A DNA stretch of 64,000 nt. Source: an uncultured Acidobacteriota bacterium (lineage in GTDB: Bacteria; Acidobacteriota; Terriglobia; UBA7540). Position 1 is the stretch's first letter. Every line of letters starts with the position of its first letter. Where the stretch lies: positions 1,760,001 to 1,824,000 of the forward strand of contig CAWDSK010000006.1 in the NCBI GenBank assembly GCA_963804995.1, in the 5' to 3' direction. Shown one piece after another: positions 20,033 to 31,683 of this stretch. The notes beneath the pieces were generated by a model that made no database searches, was not told where the DNA came from, and was given only the letters and a program-made list of their open reading frames with translations. Both the position numbers and the translations under genes were made by a program.

Positions 20033-20737
20033 ATGAGCGTCTTAGCAATTATTCCAGCGGCAGGAATGGGGGTGCGGATGGGTGGGGGTACGCCCAAACA
20101 ATTCCTCTCCCTTGAAGGGGTGCCCATTTTCGTGCACACACTGCGAAAGTTTGTGGGCTCCGACGCCATCGATGAGATCTTTCTGGGCGTGCGCCCGGAA
20201 GACATGGAGCGGGCTTCCAAGGAAATCGATGGCGCGCGCTTTCTGAAGACTGTCCGCCTCGTCCTGGGCGGCGCATCACGTCAGGACACCGTGGCGCGCT
20301 GCCTCCGGGAAGCGTCAGCCGACACTGAAATCGTGGTCGTGCACGACGCCGTGCGTCCCTTTATCAAGCTGGAAATGATTCGCGAAGTGGTTGAAACGGC
20401 GCGCGAGACGGGTGCGGCCATCCTGGGCATCCCGAGCGTTGACACCGTGAAGCAGGTGGAGCGGCAAGTCATTCTGGGAACGATTCCGCGCGAGCGCATT
20501 GTATTGGCCCAGACGCCTCAAGCTTTCCGTTACACGATCCTGCGTGAGGCCGTCGACCGTGCCTTGACGGAAGGCTTTAACGGCACGGATGAATCCAGCC
20601 TGGTGGAACGCCAAGGCCAAAACGTAACCGTGTTGATGGGTTCGGACCGGAACATCAAGATCACCAAGCCTTCGGACCTGCCCCTGGCCCGCCTTTACAT
20701 CGCCCAGGAACGCGAGCACATTCAGAGTGACGTCTAA
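20033..20737 (+). CDS. ispD: MEP cytidylyltransferase
   Basis: [25 protein letters not shown] and [10 protein letters not shown] motifs. Confidence 0.95.
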   Translation: MSVLAIIPAAGMGVRMGGGTPKQFLSLEGVPIFVHTLRKFVGSDAIDEIFLGVRPEDMERASKEIDGARFLKTVRLVLGGASRQDTVARCLREASADTEIVVVHDAVRPFIKLEMIREVVETARETGAAILGIPSVDTVKQVERQVILGTIPRERIVLAQTPQAFRYTILREAVDRALTEGFNGTDESSLVERQGQNVTVLMGSDRNIKITKPSDLPLARLYIAQEREHIQSDV

Positions 20738-20747
20738 CTTGGGAAAT

Positions 20748-21279
20748 ATGAGTCCTCTACCTCGGAGTAAAAAACCTACACCGGTCGACCGGTCACCACT
20801 CGCGTTCCGGGTGGGCCTCGGTAACGACCTCCACCCACTGGCCGCGGGACGCAAGCTGATCCTGGGCGGCGTTCACATCCCCTTTGAAAAAGGACCCGTC
20901 GGCCATTCCGATGGCGATGTGCTGGCCCACGCTATCTGCGACGCCCTGCTGGGGGCGGCGGCCATGGGCGACATCGGACGCCATTTCCCCAACACCTCTC
21001 CAAAGTGGAAAAACGCTTCCAGCCTGCTGTTTTTGCGCCGCGTCCGCGCCTTGCTTGCTGACGCCGGGTACGCAATTGTCAACGTCGACTCAACGGTCGG
21101 GCTCGAAGCGGCCCAAGCTTGCTCCCCACATTCCGCGCATTACTCGCAATCTGGCGGCGGCGCTCGGATTGAAGCCCCATGAGGTCAGCGTGAAGGCCAA
21201 AAGCGGCGAAGGTCTGGACGCAATCGGTCGCGGCGAGGCGATTCGCGCGGATGCTGTGGCACTGCTGCACCGCCATTGA
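20748..21279 (+). CDS. ispF: MECDP synthase, split by a 1-nt frameshift near 21108
   Basis: D.H, GHSDGDV.AHA and DIGRHFP in one frame; [14 protein letters not shown] in the next. Confidence 0.88.
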
Positions 21280-21479
21280 CCTTGGTGTGGTATGCCGATG
21301 TGGCGCCAGATGGAATTCTTCCAGACTAAATCGGGAGATCAGCGTTCCGACTTTTGCCTTTTGACCTTTGCACTTTGCCTTTTGAATTGCTTTTTCCGGC
21401 TAGAGGCTGACCCCCAGCAGATGCATTCTCAGGTTGGTATTCCTCGCCAACGAATTCAACCTCCCGGCCCTGAAACCAA

Positions 21480-22307
21480 ATGGTCCCCCTCCCACCCATT
21501 CTGAAGCGCATGCTCACACGCCGGCCGGCGCCGCTCGTGTGGCCACCGCTCAAGATTGGCCATCGGGGCGCGGCGGGTGAGGCGCCGGAAAACACTCTTC
21601 AGGCATTCGAACTGGCCCTACGTCAGGGAGCGGATGGAATCGAATTCGACGTTCATCTCTCTTCTGACGGCATTCCTGTGGTCATCCACGACCCGCGCCT
21701 CACCCGCACCACCTCCGGAAATGGCTGGGTACACGAGCATCGGGCAAGCGTGTTGCGCAGGCTCAACGCAGGTTCCTGGTTCAATCGCCGGCATCCCATA
21801 CGCGCGCGCGAACGATACGCGGGCGCGCGCATTCCCTTGCTATCGGAAATCCTCCAATGGGTGCGCAGCCGGCAGTGCCTGGCGTTTGTTGAGATCAAAG
21901 GCTCAACACCGGGTCTGGAGGAGAAGATTCTCAGGGAGATCGACCGCGCCGGAGTGTGGCGTCTGGCGTGGGTGATTTGCTTCGACCCGCAAAGGCTCCA
22001 GCGGGTTCGGGATTCAAACACGCAAGTCCGCCTCGGCCTGGATACCTCGAGCCGTCTGCTGGCCATCCGCCAGGCTGGGGCGGTGGGCGCTCGGCTATTG
22101 CTTCCGCACTGGGCGATCGCTTCGCGACGATTCATCCGCCGTGCGCATCGCGAATCAATACAAGTCATCCCCTGGACGGTTAATTACCGGCTGCATATGC
22201 GGCGTAAGATTCTGGATGGTGTGGACGGCATCATTACAAATTACCCGGCGAGACTTACCGAGGTGGTGGCGCGCTTCGAGAAGCGGCTACACATGCCAGA
22301 GGAGTGA
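21480..22307 (+). CDS. Glycerophosphodiester phosphodiesterase
   Basis: GHRG..PENTL..EFDV..VIHD, EIK, WTVN and GIITNYP motifs. Confidence 0.92.
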   Translation: MVPLPPILKRMLTRRPAPLVWPPLKIGHRGAAGEAPENTLQAFELALRQGADGIEFDVHLSSDGIPVVIHDPRLTRTTSGNGWVHEHRASVLRRLNAGSWFNRRHPIRARERYAGARIPLLSEILQWVRSRQCLAFVEIKGSTPGLEEKILREIDRAGVWRLAWVICFDPQRLQRVRDSNTQVRLGLDTSSRLLAIRQAGAVGARLLLPHWAIASRRFIRRAHRESIQVIPWTVNYRLHMRRKILDGVDGIITNYPARLTEVVARFEKRLHMPEE

Positions 22308-22378
22308 GGTGCACTCCGGCACGACGCGTGTTGTCGCCTGTCGCGGGCACGGTTATAATCCCGCCCGGGCAATTATTG

Positions 22379-22681
22379 ATGTCTATGGCCAAGCCGGCGT
22401 CCAAAATCGCCAAGAAGTTTGTGATCACGGGCCGTGTCCAGGGTGTAGGGTTTCGCTATTTCGCCGAACGTTGGGCCAGTCAACTCAGCGTCTGCGGGTA
22501 TGTGAAAAACCTTTGGGACGGCAACGTCGAGGTCTACGCCATTGGTGACCCGGTTGCCATCGAAGAATTTAAGAGACAACTCGCGGAGGGACCGCGCAGT
22601 GCTCGGGTGACCAACGTCAGCGAGTCGGACGAGCCTGTGGACAAACGCTGTAACTACTTCGCCATCGAGGGTGGGTGGTAA
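22379..22681 (+). CDS. acyP: Acylphosphatase
   Basis: GRVQGVGFR..GYVKN..DG.VE motif. Confidence 0.92.
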   Translation: MSMAKPASKIAKKFVITGRVQGVGFRYFAERWASQLSVCGYVKNLWDGNVEVYAIGDPVAIEEFKRQLAEGPRSARVTNVSESDEPVDKRCNYFAIEGGW

Positions 22682-22780
22682 GCAAGCAGTCTTGCAGGGG
22701 CGAGCGGCGCTCGCCCGGCATCGAAGGCCGAGCGCCGCTACGCCCTACTATTTCCATCTTGTACATGCGACGGAGGACCT

Positions 22781-23296
22781 GTGATCGATCTAAAGAAGCT
22801 GATTCGTGAAATTCCTGATTACCCCAAGCCGGGCATTCTGTTTTACGACATCACCACCCTGCTGAAAGACCCTGCGGGGCTGCACTGGGTCGTCGACGTG
22901 CTCGCCAATTCCTTCTTGACGCAGAAAATCGACCAGGTCATCGGCATCGAGGCGCGGGGCTTTATTTTCGCGCCCATGGTGGCCTACCGGCTGAACGCAG
23001 GCTTTGTGCCGGCGCGCAAACCCAACAAGCTGCCCGCCGAGCGCGCTAAGATGTCCTACAACCTTGAATACGGGACAGACGCGATAGAGATTCACCGCGA
23101 CGCCATTCGCCCAGGACTAGAACTGTTGATCATCGACAACCTGCTGGCGACGGGAGGAACTGCCGCAGCAACGGCGCGGCTCGTAGAATCACTGGGCGGT
23201 GTCGTGGCCGGAATGGGATTTGTGATCGAATTGGAGGAATTGAAAGGCCGCGAGAAGCTGAGCAAGTACGCGGTTTATTCGGTTCTGAAGTATTGA
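22781..23296 (+). CDS. apt: Adenine phosphoribosyltransferase
   Basis: [23 protein letters not shown] and [10 protein letters not shown] motifs. Confidence 0.93.
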   Translation: MIDLKKLIREIPDYPKPGILFYDITTLLKDPAGLHWVVDVLANSFLTQKIDQVIGIEARGFIFAPMVAYRLNAGFVPARKPNKLPAERAKMSYNLEYGTDAIEIHRDAIRPGLELLIIDNLLATGGTAAATARLVESLGGVVAGMGFVIELEELKGREKLSKYAVYSVLKY

Positions 23297-23389
23297 AGAA
23301 GAGCAGTTGATAGTTGATAGTCGATAGTTGATAGTCGAAAGCGGCGAGTGCCTGCTCCCAACCTTCGACTTTCAACTCTCAACTATGGA

Positions 23390-24037
23390 CTATTGACTAT
23401 CAACCGCTTTCAAGATCGCATCCAGGAAGAACTCTTCCGGCAGTGACCCTTCGATGTATTCCCCTTCATTAATGACCGTCTTGGGGACGGCGTAGACGCG
23501 GTAGTGGCCGGCAAGGTCAGGGAATTCCGTAGCTTCGATGCCGTCGGCGCGGACGAGGTCACTTTCCAGGGCGAACTGATAAGCCAGGCGCACGGCCCGC
23601 GGACAGTGGGGTCAGGTGGGTGTGGAAAAGACTTCCAGATGAAGCGGTTGACTGAGTTTGGCCAGCTTTTCGCGGCTCTCAGGCTGCAATCCCGAATCCC
23701 CCTTTGAAACCGCCAGGATGGCATCCAGCACCGCCGAGAACTCATACCCCGCGGGCAGCCCGAAGAATCGAATGCCGAAGTCCTTGCCGTTGCGAATGGC
23801 TGTGGCGGGAACCTTGTCGACCCCGTACTCGGCCACCTTCTCATGGTCGAGAAGGAAATTGTAGATCTCGAGCGAAAGATTGTCGGAGAGTAACACCAAT
23901 TCTTCAAGCATTTGCCGGGTTTCGCGGCCGTATTCAAGATTCAGCTCCTGGGTGAAATGCACCAGCTTAACGGGGTCCACCATTCCTTTGAGTCTTAAGC
24001 GGATTTCTTCCGCATCCGATTCCTGAATCAGTCCCAT
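23390..24037 (-). CDS. Two-domain thioredoxin-fold protein disulfide oxidoreductase with selenocysteine (UPHC)
   Basis: ORFs 23612..24118 and 23390..23593 are in frame across TGA (23612-23614) in FSTPT-U-PHCP; DKVPA, G.PAGYEF and AVPKTVIN motifs; AAGGAG RBS. Confidence 0.88.
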
Positions 24038-24185
24038 GGGTCTCCTTGCCGAAATTTCATCATGATTCGCAGACCAGACCACCTCGGTCTGCCAGGCCGC
24101 CTGCAATTTCAGATGCATGAGAAAAGAAAGAGGTGCAGGGAAAAGTGACTAACCGGTTTGAAGTGGCAAGGCTTGTGGGAAATGG

Positions 24186-25118
24186 TCACGATGATGGTTG
24201 TGATGCTCGTCCAATTTCTTCCAATGGTGCGATGGCGAAGGTTACCAGCCGTTGTCCAATGTAATAAAGCTGCTCCGCCGTGAAGTTGCGCCCCGAGAGT
24301 AGACCGTTGGCACATTGGTAGGTGGCCTCCTGCAAGTCTTCGTCACCGGCGAGCAACCTGCGAAGTCCGGCACCCGCAGAGGCCGCCAGTTCGCGCCAGC
24401 GGTGTGGGAAGCAATGATCGAGGGCATTCGCCCATCGCTCAGGCCACTGCTCGATAGCATCTTCAGGGCTCAGAGCAGCGATGGCGAGAACCCGCCCGAG
24501 GTCCTTGTTCCGGCGCATGTGGGGACGCCCGAGGTACTCGGTATGTTCGATGATCACATCGGAGAAGTCCCGATGTTCAAGCAGATTCATGAGGGCCATC
24601 ATCTCCGGCCGGGCACAGCGGATACCAAACTCGGTAGACTGGGCATCATAAGTGGCGACACGCGTGAATTGAAAACTCGGCAGGCCGTAGTGGTCGCCGG
24701 AGGATAAGGGCAAACGGGTCCACTCCCGCGCGGTCTGATCCTCCGACGCCGGCTCCGTAAGGAGTTCAAGGTACCATTCGGTGGAACCCGGCGGATAAAG
24801 TCGAACAGCTGGCAGGTTGTCACGCGGAGTATTTTGGTTTCCTGGCTTTCCGAACTCTCCCTCCGCTATGGGTTTCCAGCCGCCGGAGAGGAGTTTCTCC
24901 GCCACCTTGCGTCCGGATTCCACGGCAGTAAGGTATGGTGAAAGAACGCAGTCAATGTCCTTGGTACGAACCCCGAAGGTCTCGTCATCGTGGAACAGGC
25001 AATAGGCAGCAGCAAGGCTGCCGATTATGATGATGTGGGGATGGATTTCGGGCGGGATCGCCGAAGCTACTTGCGCGAGCACCTCTCGTGGGGAGACTTT
25101 CTGGGGTCCGGGGTTCAT
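24186..25118 (-). CDS. Putative nucleotidyltransferase (AbiEii-like toxin)
   Basis: IIIGSLA...RTKDID Pol-beta-like NTase motif; RRNKDLGR; start overlaps the upstream stop (ATGA). Confidence 0.6.
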   Translation of the reverse strand: MNPGPQKVSPREVLAQVASAIPPEIHPHIIIIGSLAAAYCLFHDDETFGVRTKDIDCVLSPYLTAVESGRKVAEKLLSGGWKPIAEGEFGKPGNQNTPRDNLPAVRLYPPGSTEWYLELLTEPASEDQTAREWTRLPLSSGDHYGLPSFQFTRVATYDAQSTEFGIRCARPEMMALMNLLEHRDFSDVIIEHTEYLGRPHMRRNKDLGRVLAIAALSPEDAIEQWPERWANALDHCFPHRWRELAASAGAGLRRLLAGDEDLQEATYQCANGLLSGRNFTAEQLYYIGQRLVTFAIAPLEEIGRASQPSS

Positions 25119-26176
25119 GGCGTGTGTAACCGTCGGGATTCGAGCGCCCGGAGAAAATCAACCGCCTGAGACTCCAAGTGCGCCTCATGCAAATCGAGCA
25201 AGCACTCAACTGGGTCCGCCCAGGACAATGTTCCCGCAACATGTTCGAAAAACGACTGCTGTCGCCGCACGGCGTGGACAGCCACGTTTACAGGCTGAAG
25301 GGGGTCCTCCACTTTCTTCAGTGCCGGATCGAGTTTTTCGATGAAACTGAGGTCCATGTTCCCGCCTGGACAAAGAAGTGAGAGATCCAGCCGTGGTGTG
25401 CCAACGAGGTCGAGGTTCGGGTAATGGTGCTTTGCCCCAATAACACCCCCAACGGCCAAGTTAGCGATGTTCAGCTTTTCGAGGCGGCGGATATGGGATT
25501 CGGGCGACCGCTGTTGTTCAAACAGTTGTCCAGAATGGTCAACGAAACGAACAGTAGAACGAACGTGGTCCGAGACAGCCAACAATCTTCGCCACTCATC
25601 CTTGGGAAAGTATCGAAGTTCGACTCGCCGATCGGAGTGGCGCAGCAGGTAGGGATCAAGTCGGCGGAGCGCGTCGCGGACGGTCGGGTAGCTGCAACCG
25701 GCGGTTTTCATGAGCCAGTCACTGGTCATTGGCCCCTGGTTGAGCAACCATTGATGCAGCAGGATTTGAAAAATGGCGTAGTAGGAGTTTCGCGGCTTGC
25801 CCTGGTGGGATTCTTCAAGGATCAGTTGATCCAGCCAAGCACGAAAGTCCGCTCCCAGGTCCGGAGGGAGCCCGATGTATTGTTTGTCTCTCGCGACGGC
25901 TACCGTGAGGCGGCTCATAATCTCCGGGCGGAGCACCTTATTGTCGAGTTGCCGCTCCTGTTGCAACCCTTCCTCTGTAATACGCGAATCCACCAGAACC
26001 AGTAATCCGCGGCACCTGGGGTTGTTGGTCAGCCAGTAGGCCAGACCAAGAAGGCTGGCGCGAAGGTCCCGAAAGCCATGGGTTTGGAACTTCACTTCGA
26101 CCCCGATGTCCTGCCATTGGCCGTCTAGCTGATAGCCGATTCCAACCATCCGCCGTCTGGGTAGGCTAACTGTCAT
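25115..26176 (-). CDS. Putative AbiEi-like antitoxin/regulator
   Basis: N-terminal D..VEVK, central wHTH ([19 protein letters not shown]), C-terminal [10 protein letters not shown]...A. Confidence 0.55.
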   Translation of the reverse strand: MTVSLPRRRMVGIGYQLDGQWQDIGVEVKFQTHGFRDLRASLLGLAYWLTNNPRCRGLLVLVDSRITEEGLQQERQLDNKVLRPEIMSRLTVAVARDKQYIGLPPDLGADFRAWLDQLILEESHQGKPRNSYYAIFQILLHQWLLNQGPMTSDWLMKTAGCSYPTVRDALRRLDPYLLRHSDRRVELRYFPKDEWRRLLAVSDHVRSTVRFVDHSGQLFEQQRSPESHIRRLEKLNIANLAVGGVIGAKHHYPNLDLVGTPRLDLSLLCPGGNMDLSFIEKLDPALKKVEDPLQPVNVAVHAVRRQQSFFEHVAGTLSWADPVECLLDLHEAHLESQAVDFLRALESRRLHTP

Positions 26177-26187
26177 AGCGAGATTAG

Positions 26188-26235
26188 GTTACAACTTTCA
26201 AGTTGAAGTTGCAACTACATATTAAAGTAGCAACT
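26188..26235. promoter_or_regulatory. Inverted repeat operator candidate
   Basis: GTTACAACTT-N8-AAGTTGCAAC plus an extra half-site AAGTAGCAACT, immediately upstream of the 26176 start. Confidence 0.6.
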
Positions 26236-26454
26236 CAATGTTTTAGTTCCAGAATCGAGTTTCATACTGGAGCCCAGCAGCGGTCATTCTGGGGTAGTGA
26301 AAAGCAAAGCCTGTGGTCACGGCCCGCTCCAGGCAGGCAGCCCGCATTGGCAAGACCACAAGTCAAAATTCAAATGGCAAAAGTCTTGCTTTTTTGTCGG
26401 AGAGCCGCTCGGCGCTACGGGGCACCCCTACTGTCCTTCGGAGGCGAAGTTTCG

Positions 26455-27937
26455 TTACGTTTCCGCCTCCGCGTCGAACCCGAACTTCTTCATCTTATAG
26501 CGGAGGGCGTCGCGGGAGATATCGAGCAACTTGGCGGCGTGGGTCTGGTTGCCCGCGGTTTGTTTGAGCGCCAAACCCACGAGTTCCCGTTCCACTTCTT
26601 CAAGCGAGGTGCCCTGTTTGGGAAGTTCCAGCACCGGGATCATCCTCCCCGAAGCCAGGGGTCGCCACGTGGCAGCCGTACTGCTGACCATCAAGGGAGT
26701 ATCCGTGGACTCCCCATCGGGGACGCTCACCGGCATAGGCGATTCGTACCTCTCGGTTTGTCCTGTCACCTGGATGGGCAAGTAGGTGGGCCGGATGTAA
26801 TCCGACTCCTCCAGGATCATGGCGCGCTCCACGGCGTTCTTGAGCTCGCGGACGTTTCCCGGCCAATCGTATTGCAGCAGCAGGTCGCGGGTTTCCTGGG
26901 TGATGCCTTTCACCGTCTTGCGGAAGCGAAAGTTATAGCGCTCGATAAAGAACTCGAACGAGGGGCAGGATATCTTCCTTGCGGTGCCGCAGGGGAGGAA
27001 TGAAGATGGGGATGACGCTGAGCCGGTAGAACAAGTCCTGGCGGAAGGTCGAGTCGCGCACGCCCTGCTCCAGATCGCGATTGGAGGCGGCGATGACGCG
27101 AATATCCACGCCGATATCCTTGACGCCGCCGATGCGCCGAATGGTTTGATCTTCCAGCGCCCGCAACAGCTTCGCCTGCAGGTACGTGGACAACTCGCCG
27201 ATTTCGTCCAGGAAAAGCGTGCCGCCGTCGGCAACTTCAAACAGTCCCTTCTTCTGCGCCTTGGCATCGGTAAAGGCGCCGCGCTCATGCCCGAAAAGCT
27301 CCGCTTCCATCAGGGTCTCGGGAATAGCCGAGCAATTGATGGTCACGAAGGGCTTATCGTTGCGAGTGCTGTCGTAATGAATGGACTTGGCAATCAGATC
27401 CTTGCCCGTCCCGCTTTCCCCCTGGATGAGCACGGTAGAGGTTTCACTGACCGCCACCTTGCGCACAAAGTTCATCAGCTCGAGCATGCGGGGCGATTTC
27501 CCGATGACCTCGTGGTAACCCGAGCGCTTGCGCACCTCATCGCGCAGGTTGTCGCGCTCTGAACGCAGGCGCGAGCGGTCAATGGCGTTGGCCAGGGTGA
27601 TTTGCAGCTCGTCGAAATCAAGCGGCTTCTTGATAAAGTCGAGCGCCCCCAGCTTAATCGCCGTCTTGATGTCGTCAAGCTGCGGGTCACCCGTAATCAT
27701 GATGACCGGAATGGAAAGGTTGTTCTGCTTGATTTCGCGCAGGACCTCGATTCCGCTCAGGTCCGGCAGGCGCACGTCGAGAAGAATGAGGTCGGGAGCC
27801 TCGGCGCGAATCTGCGCCAGCCCCCCCGTGCCGCTTTCAGCTTCGATGGCCGTGTAACCCCACTCCTCCAATTGGCGGCGGACTGACCAGCGGATCAGTT
27901 TTTCGTCGTCCACAATCAGAACTTTTTCATTGGGCAT
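26455..27937 (-). CDS. NtrC-family sigma54 response regulator, frameshifted near 26958
   Basis: REC domain, GESGTGK, GAFTDA and DEIGE in one frame; WPGNVREL and Fis HTH in the other. Confidence 0.9.
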
Positions 27938-28112
27938 AGATTCAAGCCTCGGGGTTACGGGCTGCGGACCAGGAGCGATAGAATTATGAATGATAAATAG
28001 TAAATTATGAAAGCGAAACCACTCGGCCGCAATGGCATTGGGCGAGATAGTCAGGCTGTTACGTAATTCATAATTCAGAATTCAGAATTCAGAATTCTAA
28101 ATCCCCCAGCAC

Positions 28113-29234
28113 CTAGTCCCTAGAACCTAGCACCTGTACTTCTTCGACGGCCTCGCGCATGGGGAGGCGGATCATAAAGCGGCTTCCTTTGTTGATTTCG
28201 CTTTCTGCCGTGAGAGTGCCGCCGTGCTGGCTGATGATGCGCCGGCAAAGTGAAAGGCCCAGCCCCGTCCCTCCCCGCTTGGTGGTGTAGAAGGGGCGAA
28301 AGATCTTCTCGATCTGTTCCCGCGAAATTCCCGACCCGGTGTCGCTGACGGAAATCTCCACCTGGCTGGGGCGGTTTGGCCCACCTCCCCCACCCAGGAG
28401 TTTAGCCTGAATAGTAATCATACCCTCTTGGTTGATCGCCTGGATACCATTCAACACCAAGTTCAACAATACCTGGTGCAACTGCTCCGGGTCCATACGG
28501 AAACGCGGCAGTGCCGAGGGAAGCTGGATAGCAAACTCCACATTTTTGCTTCCAATCTGCTGTCTTGCAAACTGTAAAGTACGCGCCACCGTCTCCCGTA
28601 AATCCGCCATACCGAATTTGGGGGCTTTGGGGCGCGCGTAATTCAACAGGTCATTCAGGACCTTCTCTATACGCCGCACCTCCTGCCGCAGGTCTTCCAG
28701 GATTTCGCGGTCGGGGTGATCTTGGGGGAAATCCTTGCTGATAATCTCGATAGCACCGGCAATGCCCGCCAGGGGGTTGCGGATTTCATGCGCCACACCG
28801 GCCGCCAGTTCACCCATGGTGGCCAGGTGCTCCGCCTGCACCATCTCAGTGTCGTGGACGCGCTGGCAGTGGTCACAGAACTCGCGCCAGTGCTCCGTCA
28901 ACGACCGGATTTCCTTCTCCAGCGCCACGGTGCTGCTGGGAGGCGGGGTGATCTGAATCAGCGCGGGGTAAGTAGGCGCAATCTTGCTGATGGCTCCCCG
29001 CAAATCGTTGAGAATCTCCCAGGACCGCCGCTCCTGATAAATCAGCATCCCCATAGCGGCGGAAAGGGCCGCAAGCAATGCGACTGCCAATCCGATCCTG
29101 AAGGTCAGTCCATGACGAAAGCCCTCCACCGCCGTCAGCAAGATAATACCCGCCAGGGATATCACCAGAACCATCAGGTTCTGACGGAAGGACGGTGGAA
29201 ACCGCAAAAGGCGTTTTAGCCGTGCCCAATCCAA
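28113..29234 (-). CDS. Membrane sensor histidine kinase
   Basis: Two TM helices, AHEIRNPL, N box, DTG.G and GTGLGL. Confidence 0.93.
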   Translation of the reverse strand: MDWARLKRLLRFPPSFRQNLMVLVISLAGIILLTAVEGFRHGLTFRIGLAVALLAALSAAMGMLIYQERRSWEILNDLRGAISKIAPTYPALIQITPPPSSTVALEKEIRSLTEHWREFCDHCQRVHDTEMVQAEHLATMGELAAGVAHEIRNPLAGIAGAIEIISKDFPQDHPDREILEDLRQEVRRIEKVLNDLLNYARPKAPKFGMADLRETVARTLQFARQQIGSKNVEFAIQLPSALPRFRMDPEQLHQVLLNLVLNGIQAINQEGMITIQAKLLGGGGGPNRPSQVEISVSDTGSGISREQIEKIFRPFYTTKRGGTGLGLSLCRRIISQHGGTLTAESEINKGSRFMIRLPMREAVEEVQVLGSRD

Positions 29235-29255
29235 TGGTATGATATTTCCTTCTCA

Positions 29256-31039
29256 GTGAATATCAGCGGTCAATTTTATCACAAGGCAAAAATTGTGACT
29301 AGAAAGCCCGAGACATTCTTCGAGGAAATGAAGCGCTATGTCGGCTTCACTGAAGAAGATGCTCGCCTCTTGCACTCTCTCGGTGCAGGCATGGATCCCT
29401 ACTTGCCGGTCATGTCGGAGCGCTTCTACAACCAGATCACGCAACACCCTGAGGCGGACAAGGTCTTCACCGGCGGCCAGGAACAGATTGACCGGTTGAA
29501 GCACACGTTGCAAATCTGGGGGCGGCGTCTGTTTGAGGGGCCTTTCGACGAGGATTATGCTGCCGAGCGTTATAAGATCGGCGTTCGCCACGTACTCATC
29601 GGCTTGCCCCAGCGCTATATGATCAGCGCCATGGGAGTGGTGCGGGTGTGCCTCCAGGAAAGCCTGAATGAAGTTTTGCGCTCTGAACCCGAGCGCTTGG
29701 ATGCCACCCGGCTCGCACTGGACAAGATCCTGAACCTTGATCTGAACATGATGTGCGAGTCTTATTTCCAGGGAAGTATCCGCCACCTGAGTGAGCTGAA
29801 CCGAAAACTGGAACGCGCCAACTTCGAACTGGCGGAGTTGAGCAACGTCAAGACGGAGTTTCTGGCAACCACTTCGCACGAACTCCGCACCCCCCTCAAT
29901 TCCATACTGGGCTTTACACGGCTGATTCTCGATGGCCTGTGTGAGAACCGCGAGGAAGAGCGGGAGTTGCTGCGGGATGTCCTTTCCAGCGCCCAGCACC
30001 TCCTTTCCATCGTCAACGACCTGTTGGACGTGGCTAAGATCGAGGCGGGCAAACTCCGCTTGTCGGTGGAGAAGGTGGACCTCCAATCCATCATCCGAGA
30101 GGCCAAAGCCGTGGTGGGTGTACAGGCGGCGGCCAAGCACCTGACAATCGTCGACGAGACGGAATCGTTGCCTCTGCCTCTGGTGTCCGCCGATGGAGCC
30201 CGCGTCAAGCAGGTCCTGATCAACCTCATGAGCAACTCCGTCAAGTTCACCGACAAGGGCTGGATTACGCTGCGCGGGCGCTCTTTCCCGGATCGCGGCT
30301 TTGTGGAGCTCGAGCTTCAGGACACCGGGGTCGGAATTCCCCCGGCGATGCAGCGGCATCTCTTTGAGAAGTTCCGCCAGGTTGACAGCTCCTTCACTCG
30401 CCCGCAAGGTGGCAGCGGCCTGGGGCTGGCCATTTGCCGCAGCCTGGTGCAAATGATGGGGGGGCGTATCAAGCTCTGGAGCGCGGGCGTCGGCTGTGGA
30501 ACCACGGTGACTTTCTCACTTCCTGTGCGCCACGAGGTCGAAGATGCCGTGCACGTGAAAGGTAAGGAAGCCCTGGCCGCGGCCGGGAACGAAAACGGAG
30601 TGCGCGTTCTGGTGGTTGATAACGATCCGGAATTTCGCCGCTACCTCAAAACGCTGCTGACCAAGCGCGGTTACTACGTCCTGGGCGCAGCCACCGCAGA
30701 CGACGCGCTGGATGCTTCGCGCCGCTTCCGGCCGCAATTGCTGATCGTCGACTTGGCCCTGCCGCAGCGCCCCGGCGCGGAGTTGGCGGACGGCGCCGAT
30801 GTCATCTCCCAACTGCAGACGGGCGCCTTGGTTCGCGAAATCTATTGCTTGATGGTCACCGGCTATGACCCCATGGAGGCGCGCGAGCGGCTGTCACTGC
30901 TGCAAGTGACGCCGGAAATCTGGCAGAAGCCCCTCGAGGGCGGGAAATTCCTGGCGCGGCTGGAGGAGATTTTGCAAGGCTCCGGCTCGGCTCGAACCCC
31001 GGAGTCCGGCGCAAAGGCTGGCGGAGGAGCGGTAATGCA

Positions 31040-31043
<4 letters not shown>
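29256..31043 (+). CDS. Globin-coupled hybrid histidine kinase (protoglobin-HisKA-HATPase-REC)
   Basis: [13 protein letters not shown]...[10 protein letters not shown] sensor globin; SHELRTPL; G boxes; C-terminal receiver. Confidence 0.88.
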
Positions 31044-31125
<82 letters not shown>

Positions 31126-31179
31126 TAGCGCTTGCTGCGAGTCCCGGCAGAGTCGGGATAGGCACTAACCAATTTCATC

Positions 31180-31575
31180 ATGCTTCGCATCTTGGTAGTT
31201 GAAGACAACCCGCTGGTAGCCAAATTCTATCGCCTCGCGCTGGAGCGCGCCGGCGGTTACCAGGTGACTTGCAGCGAGGACGTTGACGCGATCCTGGCAC
31301 AGGTTGCGGCCTCGTCGTTTGACGCTCTGATCCTCGATGTTTCCTTGCGTAGCTGTAGCTATAAAGGCCGCATGATCGATGGTCTGGAACTCGCCCGCCT
31401 GGTGCGCCAAATCCCGGCGGGCCAATCGTTACCCATCCTGCTGGCCACCGCCCACGCGATGGAGGGTGATCGCCAACGCTTGCTCACCGCCTCGGGCGCC
31501 AACGCCTACCTTGAGAAACCCATCTACGATCCCCAAATCCTCATCAGCAAGATCAAAGAATTGACCACGCCCTGA
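31180..31575 (+). CDS. Single-domain response regulator
   Basis: LVVED, LILD, DGLEL, TAHA and KP motifs. Confidence 0.92.
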   Translation: MLRILVVEDNPLVAKFYRLALERAGGYQVTCSEDVDAILAQVAASSFDALILDVSLRSCSYKGRMIDGLELARLVRQIPAGQSLPILLATAHAMEGDRQRLLTASGANAYLEKPIYDPQILISKIKELTTP

Positions 31576-31683
31576 CGAGACGGACGGTTTTTGGACCTTT
31601 GTGTCACGACGGGTAGCGTAAGTGGTCGGCGAATTTTGGCGTGTCCCAGACCCTGGGTTTTTGGTGGGACCTCGCGCGCTATG

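Noticed and set aside
21100..21115. Programmed frameshifting in ispF and the other split genes
   Set aside because: No shared slippery sequence; scattered single indels fit assembly error better
23132..23162. apt PRPP motif [10 protein letters not shown] instead of DD
   Set aside because: Single-base difference in an error-prone assembly; cannot be interpreted
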